Shown: one piece after another, positions 41,027-53,186 of the stretch
Layout of the letters: every line of letters begins with the position of its first letter
Position numbering within the stretch: the stretch's first letter is position 1
Assembly (NCBI GenBank): GCA_951406725.2
Contig: OX597815.1
Span: 205,220,001 to 205,284,000 of the forward strand
Length of the DNA stretch: 64,000 nt
Origin: Octopus vulgaris
Lineage: Eukaryota
Reading direction: 5' to 3'
The notes under the pieces: model-generated
What the model saw: the letters and a program-made list of their open reading frames with translations, nothing else
Databases searched by the model: none
What the model was told of the DNA's origin: nothing
Program-made: the position numbers and the translations under genes

Positions 41027-41227
41027 TCTCTTTACTTGTTTCAGTCATTTGACTGTGGCCATGCTGGAGCACCGCCTTTAATCGAGCAACTCGACCCCGG
41101 GACTTATTCTTTTGTAAGCCCAGTACTTATTCTATCGGTCTCTTTTTGCCGAAACGCTAAGTGACGGGGACATAAACACACCAGCATTGGTTGTCAAGCA
41201 ATGCTAGGGGGACAAACACAGACACAA

Positions 41228-41270
<43 letters not shown>

Positions 41271-41412
41271 CACAAAATTAGAAAATGGAGAAACATACTT
41301 AAATCAATCAAACATTAACCATCAGATAATACCCAATCAATACTTTATTACACCATTACATAACAGCATTGGATATATGTTATCCCATGGTGGGTTGAAT
41401 TTTCAACCCCTA

Positions 41413-41471
<59 letters not shown>

Positions 41472-41637
41472 TATGACAGGCTTCTTTCAGTTTCCATCTA
41501 CCAAATCCACACACAAGACTTTGGTCGGCCCGAGGCTATAGTAGAAGACACTTGCCCAAGGTGCCACGCAGTGGGACTGAACCCAGAACCATGTAGTTCG
41601 TAAGCAAGCTACTTACCACACAGCCACTCCTGCGCCT
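41027..41637 (-). mobile_element. SINE family A copy with an insertion of about 145 bp in its internal microsatellite
   Basis: Both halves match family A; foreign sequence 41272-41417 sits between TA runs. Confidence 0.9.
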
Positions 41638-42034
41638 AACTGTGTATGTCTGCTTAAAAACATGCCAGGAAAGACTTTTAACCAGTTACAACAAAACCCC
41701 ACACTCACAAACACATTACAAAAGAGTTGTATTCCCGAAAACTTTGCAGTGGTATGGCACTTCATGACAGAAAACCAATTTGCCCACTGAATTCTGTTAT
41801 AAATTATGATGCATTCCCACAGAATATTTTCAGAAAGAAAAAAAAACAACAAAATCAATGCAGTCACTTTTTTAACAGAAACCAGAGTTTTCATAATGTG
41901 AGGGATCCCAGGTATATATCAAGTGACTTTCTAATGACCTGTCAAGTTAATCTTTTATCCTTTTTTTTTCTTTTTTTTTTACTTGTTTTAGTTTTTAGAC
42001 TGCAGCCATATTGGGGTGTCACAAACAGTTTAGT

Positions 42035-42237
42035 TACTCTTTTACTCTTTTACTTGTTTCAGTCATTTGACTGCGGCCATGCTGGAGCACCGCCTTTAGT
42101 CGAGCAAATCGACCCCGGGACTTATTCTTTGTAAGCCCAGCACTTATTCTATCGGTCTCTTTTGCCGAACCGCTAAGTGACAGGGACGTAAACACACCAG
42201 CATCGGTTGTCAAGCAATGCTAGGGGGACAAACACAG

Positions 42238-42268
<31 letters not shown>

Positions 42269-42440
42269 CATATATACGACGGGCTTCTTTCAGTTTCCGT
42301 CTACCAAATCCACTCACAAGGCTTTGGTCGGCCCGGGGCTATAGCAGAAGACACTTGCCCAAGATGCCACGCAGTGGGACTGAACCCGGAACCATGTGGC
42401 TGGTAAGCAAGCTACTTATCACACAGCCACTCCTGCACCT
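42035..42440 (-). mobile_element. SINE family A copy
   Basis: Full-length reverse-complement match. Confidence 0.9.
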
Positions 42441-42581
42441 AGTTGAATAAATCTTTTCTACTTAAGGCACAAAGATTTTGTAAAAAAGAAGAATTCTCAA
42501 TTTTTCAATTAATATTTCAATAGCTACACACACACAGGAACACACAGAGAAACAACTAATGATAAAGCAGAATCTATTTAC

Positions 42582-42701
42582 CTGTAGATGGCTTATGACC
42601 GAAAATTCCATTAAAAAACGATGGTATACGAATACTGCCGCCGATATCCGAGCCGACTCCAATAATTGAAGCCCCAGAGCCAATCAGACAACCCTCACCA
42701 C
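42582..42701 (-). CDS. FAAH2: FAAH2-like coding exon 4 (nucleophilic Ser, GSDIGGSIR)
   Basis: Translated by hand, absent from the ORF track: tttag|[41 protein letters not shown]|gtaaat; 120 nt, phase 1-1. Confidence 0.95.
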
Positions 42702-42796
42702 CTAAACAATAGGGAATGAAAAAACAGAAAAGTCAATTTTGAAATATAACATATAATGTAGCACATTGGCTGTGATGTTTAAGTACAGGGTACTGT

Positions 42797-43093
42797 TCCT
42801 TCTCGAGCCATGCCTGGCTCATAAGGGCCAGTTTCCTGGTTTCCTTGGCATATAGGTTCCCCACCTGGACGGGACGCCGGTCCATCGCAGGTGAGCTGCA
42901 AGATGCAGGAGGAAAGAGTGAGAGAAAGTTGTGGTGAAAGAGTCAGCAGAAGTTCGCCATTACCTTCTGCCAGAGCCGCGTGGAACTTAGGTGTTTTCGC
43001 TTATAAACACACACATCGCCCGGTATGAGATTCGAACCCACGATCCCTCGACCGCGAGTCCGCTGCTCTAACCACTAGGCCATGTGCCTCCAC
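42797..43093 (-). mobile_element. tRNA-derived SINE group C (head type 1, V-domain-like tail)
   Basis: A/B boxes; CCTGCGATGGACCGGCGTCCCGTCCAGGTGGGG; tail shared with 31813-32060. Confidence 0.8.
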
Positions 43094-43239
43094 TAAGTAC
43101 AGGATACTGGCCCATGTTCATCTAATCCAGTGGTTTTTCAACCATTTTCTATCAATGGAATACTGGTGGAATATTCCCATCAAAACTTCTGTCAAATGTA
43201 AGCATAACAGGCTGGATATTGTTATTAGGGACAGAGGGG

Positions 43240-43615
43240 CAAAGAGAGGTTAGCTGCCCTTCAGATATAAATATCTCTTTGAAAATCAAAAAAGAGGATA
43301 GCTATGGACAACTGCTTCGAAACCTCCAGCTTCTATATCCAGACTATGAATTCATATTCATACCAATAATAATTGGAGCACTAGGCTTTGTTAGTAAATG
43401 CTTAAAGGAGAATCTGGATAAACTGGGATTTTCAGAAAGACAAATTGATCAGCTGATTCGCACATTACAAGTACAATCTGTGAGTGGAACAGTAAAAATA
43501 TGCAAGACTTTTCTCAAGTTCCAAATGAGAATTTGTCTGTGTCAACTACATCCCAAAGAAGGAGTCTTGTATCTTTGTTGGAAACCGGCTCAATGGAAGA
43601 TTTATAATAATTAAA
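43240..43615 (+). mobile_element. RLE-type (R4/NeSL-like) non-LTR retrotransposon 3' end
   Basis: EVSCPSDINIS...YGQLLRNLQLLYPDYEFIFIPIIIGALG...GTVKICKTFLKF, then a short UTR and TAA tail. Confidence 0.7.
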
Positions 43616-44477
43616 AAATAGAATGAACGAATGTATATATGCAGTATACATACATGCACACATACATACATGCGCACATAGATACATGCACACTTATATG
43701 CATGCACGCACACATGCACGCACACACACACACACACATACATGCATGCAAGTATGCATCATGTATATATGCAGTAGAGCTGATCCCAACCTGCATAGTT
43801 GTAAAACAGTCTCCATAACCAAGCTTAAATTTTTCCCCCATGCAACAGGGTACAAGCAATGAAGCTGATTTGATATCATGCTTGTATCTTAATATCAATA
43901 CATCATCCTCATCATCATTTAGCATCCGCTTTCCATGCTAGCACGGGTTGGACGGTTCGACCGGGGATCTGGGAAGCCAGAAGGCTGCGCCAGGCTCCAG
44001 TCTGATCTGGCAGTGTTTCTACGGCTGGATGCCCTTCCTAACGCCAACCACTCCGTGAGTGTAGTGGGTGCTTTTTACGTGCCACTGGCACAGGTGGCAG
44101 ACGAGTCTGGCAAACAGCCACAATCGGATGGTGCTTTTTATGTGCCACCGGCACGGGGGCCAGGCGAGGCTGGCAACGGCCACGAACAGATGGTGCTTTT
44201 TATGTGCCACCGGCACGAGGCCAGTCGGGGCGGCGCTGGCAACGGCCACGTTCGGATGATTCTCTTACGTGCCACCGGCACTGGTATCACAGCTGCAATA
44301 CTGAACGATATTGATACTGCATTTTTGTAGATTCACTATTCCATGCTCTTAATATTTAAATAACAAAAAATGTATATTTATTAAAAAAACAAAAATTAAA
44401 ATTATTTATTTCAAGTTCTTCTTAATGATTTTGCAATGGCTTAATCCAATATATTTGAAAGAAAAGAAAAAATTTAC

Positions 44478-44687
44478 CTGAGCTGCCTCCAGCGATGCGC
44501 CTATTATCGTAAGGATTACAGGATCTTCCATATATATTGTTAGCTGATTCATACCACATGCAGAGCTCACTTATGTTGGTCACTACGTATGGAATGACAC
44601 CAGACTTGCGTAAATTAGCAATCACTTCTGCATCTTTTGTAGCAATAGTATTCTTACGTACTACTAAACCAGAAGTGTTTGGCATAC
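44478..44687 (-). CDS. FAAH2: FAAH2-like coding exon 3 (GGSS motif)
   Basis: tag|GMPNTSGLVVRKN...TNISELCMWYESANNIYGRSCNPYDNRRIAGGSSG|gtaaat; 210 nt, phase 1-1. Confidence 0.95.
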
Positions 44688-46020
44688 CTACAAAAGAATA
44701 ATTAAACATTGTGTAATCATTTCTTAAATAATAGGAAAATATACATCATGCTTTCTAGTTTTATTTTGGTTGCTTCTTCCAAATGTTTGCTCCAGTGCCC
44801 TCCACCCTTCATTCTCAATAAAATCAATTCAATAAACTTGTATTTTCGTCTATTTACATGATGTGTAACATAAGCTAATATAAGGTCTTAAACAACTAGG
44901 AAATAAATTCTTATTTATCCATCATCATCATCATCATCATCATCATCGTTTAACGTCCGTTTTCCGTGCTAGCACGGGTTGGACGCTTCAACCGGGGTCT
45001 GGGAAGCCAGGGGCTGCACCAGGCTCCAGCCTGATCTGGCAGAGTTTCTACAGCTGGATGCCCTTCCTAACGCCAACCACTTCGCGAGTGTAGTGGGTGC
45101 TTTTTACGTGCCACCTGCACAGGTGCCAGGGGGGTCCGGCATCAGCCACGATCGGTTGGAGCTTTTTGATCGGTTGGAGATGTCTACATATTTTACTAAT
45201 GACTGACTTTTGTTATTTTATAGAAGAAGAGCAATACTCAAGGTGTTTTGCAGGGTCTCACACACGAGGAAAAGAGAAACTACAACTCATGAGCGACTTT
45301 AAAGCGGAGGCTTGGTTAAGGCGGCAAGCTGGCAGAAACGTTAGCACACCAGTCGAAATGCTTAGTGGTATTTCATCTGCTGCTACGTTCTGAGTTCAAA
45401 TTCCGCCAAGGTCGACTTTGTCTTTCATCCTTTTGAGGTTGATTTGAATAAGTACCAGTTACGCACTGGGGTTCATATAATCGACTTAATCCGTTTGTGT
45501 GTCCTTGCTTGTCCCCTCTGTGAGTAGTCCCTTGTGGGCAGTAAAGAAATAAGAAACTACAACTCATGGTTTACTAAAATAGAAAGCCATATAACAATAT
45601 AGAGAGGGATCTTCATGCTCAATACATGTTCTTAATGCTTACAACACAGTGAACTCTGATAAACACAGCCAAAGGACCAGGTAGTGCTGATAGTAGTGCT
45701 GATAGTAGCAGTGGTGATGCTATTAAACCAGGTGTCAGTTAAATCTAATACTTGTCATTCTGGTATCAACTATACTAATCTCATAGAAATTTCTCATAAA
45801 TCCAGAAAGGTGTTAATTAGGTTATGTCTTCCTTCCCAGAAATACCACAAAAATTATGATTATATACAGGACAGGTAGCTACACCTGGGAACAACTGAAA
45901 TCCGTTGCCAAAAATCAAGTCAGATGGAGATCACTTGTTGATGCCATGTGCTCCAAATGAAGTCAAAGGAATTAATGAATGAATGATGAGAGTAGCACTG
46001 ATAATATTGTACTAAAGGAA

Positions 46021-46420
46021 GGCCGCGAGCTGGCAGAATCGTTAGCACGCCAGGCAAAATGCTTAGCGGTATTTCGTCTGCCGCTACGTTCTGAGTTCAA
46101 ATTCCGCCGAGGTCGACTTTGCCTTTCATCCTTTTGAGGTCGATTAAATAAGTAGCAGTTATGTACTGGGGTCGATATAATCGACTTAATCCCTTTGTCT
46201 GTGCTTGTTTGTCCTCTCTGTGTTTAGCCCCTTGTGGGTAGTAAAGAAATAGGTACTTCAACTGTCTTTACATTCTGAATTCAAATTCCGCCATGGTCAA
46301 CTTCGCCTTTCAGCCTTTTGGAGTCAATAAATTAAGTACCAGTTGCATACTGAGGTTGATCTAATCAACTGCCCCCCCTTCCCAAAAATTTCGGGCCTTG
46401 TGCCTAGAGTAGAAAAGAAT
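46021..46420 (+). mobile_element. Dimeric SINE family B
   Basis: A full monomer is followed directly by a second B box and Deu/Nin domain with a different 3' tail (...GGCCTTGTGCCTAGAGTAGAAAAG). Confidence 0.8.
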
Positions 46421-46430
46421 ATTGTACTAA

Positions 46431-46846
46431 AGGCGTAGGAGTGGCTGTGTGGTAAGTAGCTTGTTTACCAACCACACGCTTCCGGGTTCAGTCCCACTGT
46501 GTGGCACCTTGGGCAAGTGTTTTCTGCTATAGCCTCGGGCCGACCAAAGCCTTGTGAGTGGATTTGGTAGACAGAAACTGAAAGAAGCCCGTCGTATATA
46601 TGTATATATGTGTATGTGTGTGTGTGTTTGTGTGTCTGTGTTTGTCCCCCTAGCATTGCTTGACAACCGATGCTGGTGTGTTTATGTCCCCGTAACTTAG
46701 CGGTTCGGCAAAAGAGACCGATAGAATAAGTACTGGGCTTACAAAAAAAAAAGAATAAATCCCGGGGTCGAGTTGTTCGACTAAAGGCAGTGCTCCAACA
46801 TGGCCGCAGTCAAATGACTGAAACAAGTAAAAAAGTAAAAGAGTAA
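46431..46846 (+). mobile_element. SINE family A copy
   Basis: Full-length match. Confidence 0.9.
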
Positions 46847-47317
46847 AGGTTTCAGAAACTAGATTCATTAACTTGATTTAAAATGTTTAATTGCATTATT
46901 GCTATTTGTTTTACTGGTTCTGAAGAAATGAAATGTAAAGTCAATCTCGTTGGAGATATACCGAAAATAGAGAACATGCAACAACATATACTAAAAGTGG
47001 TTCTTAGCTTTTTCTACCAACTCCCCATCCTTGACATGACCTGAAAAAAAAATATCCGACAAGCTTTCAATTCATTTAAATATTGTGGTTCTAGCCATGC
47101 TGGAGCACCATCACATGCTTGCAGATCAATAATTGTTTTTTTACACACATTCAATTTATCATAATTATCTGTCAAATATAACTTTCGCTTGTATAACTCT
47201 TCATGATGCACTGCATATGTCACAGGTCCCAATCCATCATCAGTGTTTCCAGTTTATCAGCAGTTAACACTTTAACAGCTAATTTGAATGGACAATGTTG
47301 TGACAGGATGAAAGGTC

Positions 47318-47732
47318 TGTAACACTGGATGGGTGGCAGCTCTCATCCTTTGCATTAAAATATTAATCGAAGGAAAGAGACAAGACTTCCGATTAAATTC
47401 AACAGCATAAATATTTTATTTCTGGATTCGCAATATATATATATTTTTCTTCAGAGCGAATTGGCAGCCTAGGAGCTCGTCACAGTAGTCAAGTGGAGTG
47501 AGCCAAATCCTGTTCATTCAAGCATAGCGTAGCAACGCCACGGGGTGGTGGCCTGAGAGAGCTACTAAAACACGTCCATCCTGTTTGGTTGTCAGCGTTT
47601 GAGAGACCGAACGAGAGAAATTTTGCTGCTGCTCGTTTCTGCGCATGCGCATGAGGGAACTTCCGACAGGCCTCCTGGAAGAATCCAACTCTGCACATGC
47701 GTGCTGAAAATTTCTAAAGTGGCGACGCTATA
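47318..47732 (-). mobile_element. Probable solo LTR in FAAH2 intron
   Basis: GC-richer 415-bp island. Minus-strand termini TATAGCG...GTTACA (decayed TG...CA), AATAAA near the 3' end, and a TGCGCATGCGCA motif as in the 18659 LTR. No clear TSD. Confidence 0.55.
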
Positions 47733-48494
47733 ATGTATTGATACTGTCCGTTTTTCCATGCTAGCATGGGTTGGACGGTTCAACCGGAGTCTGGGAAGCC
47801 AGGAGGCTGCACCAGGCTCCAGTCTCATCTGGCAGTGTTTCTATAGCTGGATGCCCTTCCTAATGCCAACCACTCCGTGAGTGTAGTGGGTGCTTTTTAC
47901 GTGCCACCAGCACAGGTGCCAGAGGGGCCAGGGCACAGGTGAGAGTTGGGGACAGGATCCAGCCATAAAATAGTGTTTTAATAAGTCATTGTCTAATTCA
48001 TACCAGAATAGAAAAGTAGATATAAAATGAATGATCAGATAATATATTCATTTATTAAACATTTTTTCTGTTTGTATTTTTTTGCCCATGATAGCATGGG
48101 TTTGAACAGAGATTTGTTGATTTTACACCCAGGTGTTTTTTACCTTGTTGCCACCCTTTACATATCTTTCAAGTAAGGAATATTTTTATTCGACAGGCTT
48201 TCAGAAGTGCAGAGCAATCAGTCACAATGTCAATGAGAGAGCACTGCTTCACTCAAACAGTGACAAGCACAGAATATATAAACACTGAAACACATTTTGA
48301 CATGTACACACACACACACACACACATGTATACAACAGGCTGTCTGCAGTTTTCATCAATTAGATTCCTTTATAAGGCATTGGCTTTCAAGGAGTGAGAG
48401 TAAAAGACTGTTGCCCAAGTTCCACAATGTATCACATGGTTGCAAAGCAAATTTTCCATCTACTCACTTATGCCTACACCACCCACTGCCCATG

Positions 48495-49606
48495 TATCAT
48501 CATCATCATCATCATCATCATCATTTAGCGTCCGTTCTCCATGCTAGCATGGGTTGGACGGTTCAACTGGGGGTCTGTGAAGCCAGAAGGCTGCACCAGG
48601 CCCAGTCTGATCTGGCAGTGTTTCTACGGCTGAATGCCCTTAATAATGCCAACCATTCTGTGAGTGTAGTGGGTGCTTTTTACGTGCCACAGGTGCCAGA
48701 CGGAGCTGGCAAACGGCCATGGATGGATGGTGCCTTTTACATGCCACCGGCACAGGGGCCAGGCAAGGCTGGCAACGGCCATGATCGGATGGTGCTTTTT
48801 ACGTGCCACCGGCACAGGGGCCAGGCAGGGCTGGCAACGGCCACGAACGGATGGAGCTTTTATGTGCCACTGGCACGGGGGCCAGGCGAGGCTGGCAACG
48901 GCCACGAACGGACAGTGCTTTTTACGTGCCACCGGCACGGAGGCCAGTCGGGGCGGCGCTGGCAACGGCCACGATCGGATGGTTCGCTTACTTGTCACTG
49001 GCACTGGTATCACAGCTGCAATTTCCATTGATGTTGATCGACTTCGATTTTGGTTCTGCTTTCTGATATCTGATTTGATTTGGTTTGATTTTGATTTTGA
49101 TTTTTTGATTTTCACTTGCTTCAACGGGTCTTCACAAGTGGAGTTTTGTGTCCCAAGAAAGAAAGGTATGTATAAGTCGACTGGCTACATACCAGGTAGA
49201 GGCCATGGGTTATGGTCTCACTAGTCTTGCCAGGTCTTCTCACGCACAGCATACTTCCATAGGTCTCGGTCTCTAGTCATTTCCTTGGTGAGACCTAAAG
49301 TTCGAAGGTTGTGCTTCACCACCTCGTCCCAGGTTTTCCTGGGTCTACCTCTTCCACAGGTTCTCTCAACTGCTAGGGTGTAGCACTTTTGCACACAACT
49401 ATCTTCAGCCATTCTCGTCACATGACCATACCAGCACAAACGTCTCTCTTGCACACCACAACTGATGCTTCTTAGGTCCAACTTTTCTTTCAAGGTACTT
49501 ACACTTTGTCGATTATGAACACTGACATAACACATCCATCGGAGCATACTGGCTTCATTTCTTGCGAGCTTACGCATATCCTCAGCAGTCACAGCCCATG
49601 TTTCAC
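48495..49606 (-). mobile_element. RTE-clade LINE, 5'-truncated (ORF C-terminus, long 3'UTR, (GAT)n tail)
   Basis: ORF 49221-49592 ...RNEASMLRWMC...RRLCWYGHVTRM...GRGRPRKTW is typical of the RTE RT C-terminus. The 3'UTR has about 60-bp tandem units and ends ...GCTAAATGATGATG. Confidence 0.9.
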
Positions 49607-49957
49607 TATGTATGTATATATATATATATAAGCTCGAAGCATTAAAGACTTTTTCACTTATACATCTGTTTGTTGTCTACACCACCTGTCTTCATATTTT
49701 GTTGTTTTTTTTTTGTTTTTTTTGTGAATTCTCCGATATCCGTGGAGCAGCTGATGATGGAGGTATGCTGGATTGTTGGTATGGCTATTCTTGTGTATGT
49801 GGAATAGTATTATAACACATCTTTTTGATAAATTCCGCTAAGGTCAACTTTGCCTTTCATCCTTTCGGGGTCGATAAATTAAGTAGCTGTTGAGTCTGGG
49901 GTCGATCTAATCAACTGTCCACCCCTCCAAAAATTTCGGGCCTTGTACCTAGAGTAG

Positions 49958-50005
<48 letters not shown>

Positions 50006-50010
<5 letters not shown>

Positions 50011-50310
50011 ATACAATATGTTACATTACTCGGTAGTCAAGATAAAACTCTGAGTTTCAGATGCCGAAGTGGAAATCCACAACACCATCTCTTCGGTTAT
50101 CTGGCTATTTGAAAACGTTATCAAATAGGGATAACGTTTTCAAATAGCCAGATAACCGAAGAGATGGTGTTGTGGATTTCCACTTCGACATCTGAAACTC
50201 AGAGTTTTATCTTGACTACCGAGTAATGTAACATATTGTATAGATAAATTTCCTCTATTTACATAATATTGAGGTCTCTTTCTTTCTTTTGTTATCTTAC
50301 CGTTTTATCA
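50006..50310. mobile_element. Penelope-like fragment with a 117-bp inverted duplication and a degenerate hammerhead, inserted in (TA)n
   Basis: Arms 50006-50122 and 50130-50246 with one mismatch; the right arm continues as unique sequence to about 50310; (TA)n on both sides; hammerhead-like fold at 50150-50212. Confidence 0.6.
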
Positions 50311-50385
<75 letters not shown>

Positions 50386-51708
50386 TATATATATATATGT
50401 ATATATTTCCTCCCTTGGACACACGAAGACCTGTTGAGGCAAGCGAAGTCGAAATCGAACCTCATCCGACGACAGGCACCCATGCCAACCTCCCTTCATT
50501 GGACACTAAACTCTGCTTGCGAAGACCTGTTGGGGCACGTAAAAAGCACCCACTACACTCACGGAGTGGTTGGCGTTAGGAAGGGCATCCAGCTGTAGAA
50601 ACACTGCCAGATCAGACTGGAGCCTGGTGCAGCCTTCTGGCTTCCCAGATACCCGGTCGAACCATCCTACCCATGCTAGCATGGAAAACGGACGTTAAAT
50701 GATGATGATGATGATGATGATGATGTAAAGAAAATATATATATTGCTGTGAAGCTGGCAGAACCAGACAACCAGATATAGATATATTTGAAGAGTTGGAT
50801 GGATATCATTCAGTTTCAATGATGTGTATAATAGTTGTTCAACCAAGTGAATTTCCTGTTCACAGAATTAGCAAGCAAGTGGCTGACCATTCAGCAGACA
50901 TATGTACCATTAACATAATTCTCATGTAAAATAGGTGTGTGACAAAGGTGTTGCGCATTGAATTACATGAATATTCAACAAACTTCTACAGTTTTACTCA
51001 CAGGGTATGAGTCGATCTGAGGTTACAGGAAATGGCATCTGTCCAAAATGTTATATAGTGAGTCTGAACCTGAGATCTCATGGCTGCAAAGCAAACCTCT
51101 TAACCATTTGACTATATTATCTCTCTCTCTCTCTCTCTCTCCCTATACACACACACACACACACATACATAGCACAGCCCTCTGGTTTGCTAGCTCTTGT
51201 TGACCCATCCAACCCATGCCAGCATGGAAAATGGACATTAAATGATGACAACATACATACATACATACATACATACATACATACATAGGTGCAGGAGTGG
51301 CTGTGTGGTAAGTAGCTTGCTAACCAACCACATGGTTCCGGGTTCAGTCCTACTGCGTGGCATATTGGGCAAGTGTCTTCTGCTATAGCCCCGGGCCGAC
51401 CAATGCCTTGTGAGTGGATTTGGTAGACGGAAACTGAAAGAAGCCTGTCGTATATATGTATATATATATATATGTGTGTGTGTGTTTGTGTGTCTGTGTT
51501 TGTCCCCCTAGCATTGCTTGACAACTGATGCTGGTGTGTTTACATCCCCGTCACTTAGCAGTTCGGCAAAAGAGACCAATAGAATAAGTACTGGGCTTAC
51601 AAAGAATAAGTCCCGGGGTCGTGTTGCTCGATTAAAGGCGGTGCTCCAGCATGGCCGCAGTCAAATGACTGAAACAAGTAAAAGAGTAAGAGAGATACAT
51701 GCATATGC

Positions 51709-51747
<39 letters not shown>

Positions 51748-51795
51748 CTTAAGGAATTTAATTGACATTGTAGCTTTTTAAATAAGAATTTTTAC

Positions 51796-52015
51796 CTGTC
51801 AAAGCAAAAGCTTCCTTAACAGAAAGAGGTACTCCAAGAAAGGGTGCATTTTTTTCTGAATATTCATCTGGAATGTCATCTTGTTCTAATATTTCGTTTA
51901 CTTCAAGTGCTTGTTGACGGGCCACTTCATAGCAATTAGAGCAAATTGAATTTATTGTAGGATTCACTAATTTTGATCTTTCAATAAAAGCTTCTAAAAC
52001 TTCAGTGCACTTTAT
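51796..52015 (-). CDS. FAAH2: FAAH2-like coding exon 2 (contains the catalytic Lys)
   Basis: ttcag|IKCTEVLEAFIERSKLVNPTINSI...PFLGVPLSVKEAFALTG|gtaaa; 220 nt, phase 0 to 1; amidase-signature GVPxxVKE. Confidence 0.95.
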
Positions 52016-52362
52016 CTGAAATAAAATTAAAAAATATGTATAATGTAATTAAGAAAAAGAAAGTTGGTGTTAAGATTATTATCTTCATTGTCGTCACCAT
52101 CTGGTTGCGCTAGTTTACTTAAACCTCTAATGAATATTACTGATTTTTTAAGCAGTGTATTCATGGATAGTCGATGGTTCCACATGAACTGAAATACATG
52201 TACAGTTGTTCCCTATCTTTTCCTATCTACAGGCTTTTATAAATAAATTGCTTACAATCGTTGTAACATAGTGGTGGCTAAAAAGAGCTAAAGATATGTT
52301 CTGTAGTACATTATAGCAGTACATATGTATGCAGATACATATGTACAAATATATGTTTATTA

Positions 52363-52885
52363 TCCGTTCGTGGCTGTTGCCAGCCTCGCCTGGCACCCGT
52401 GCCGGTGGCACATAAAAAGCACCATCCGATCATGGCCGTTTGCCAGACTCGTCTGGCACCTGTGCCGGTGACACATAAAAAGCACCCACAACACTCATGG
52501 AGTGGTTGGCATTAGGAAGGGCATCCAGCCATAGAAACATTGCCAGATCAAACTGGGCCTGGTGCAGCCTTCTGGCTTCCCAGTTCCCGGTCGAACCGTC
52601 CAATCCATGCTAGCATGGAAAGCGGATGCTAAACGATGAACGATAAGCTTAGGCTGATGCCAGACTCCCCTGGCACCTGTGCCGGTGGCACGTAAAAAGC
52701 ACCCACTACACTCGCGGAGTGGTTGGCGTTAGGAAGGGCATCCAGCTGTAGAAACGCTGCCAGATCAGACTGGAGCCTGGTGCAGCCCCTGGCTTCCCAG
52801 TTCCCGGTCGAACCGTCCAACCCGTGCTAGCGCAGAAAACAGACGTTAAACGATGATGATGATGATGATGATAATGATGATGATT
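52363..52885 (+). mobile_element. Two tandem RTE LINE 3' ends
   Basis: Two consecutive copies ending ...GCTAAACGATG (about 52640) and ...GTTAAACGATGATG (about 52870), about 120 bp from the FAAH2 exon 1 donor. Confidence 0.85.
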
Positions 52886-53003
52886 ATTTTATCTTTATCA
52901 ACCTGTACAAGTGGAAAAATAATCAGACATAAGAGAAGTATTTTAAGTGATACCAAACTAACAAAGAATAATTATAAGAGCAAACCAAAGAAAAATTACT
53001 TAC

Positions 53004-53186
53004 TTCTTTGTTACGAATCATCTTACTTAATTCAGTGGCACTTTTGAGGAGCAATGGATTAGTAACTGGTGGCACAGAAACAGGAGGCGCAGAATTCAGC
53101 ACATTAAAAATTATGTTAAAAATAGGAAGCAATGTCCACCGATACAGCTTGACAAGCACAAATATTAGTAACCTAGAGAATTCCAT
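53004..53186 (-). CDS. FAAH2: Fatty-acid amide hydrolase 2-like, coding exon 1 (61 aa, hydrophobic N-terminus)
   Basis: MEFSRLLIFVLVKLY...PPVTNPLLLKSATELSKMIRNKE. The ATG follows an acceptor (ttttcag|CCATGG), so a 5'UTR exon lies further upstream. Donor GAA|gtaagt, phase 0. Confidence 0.9.
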
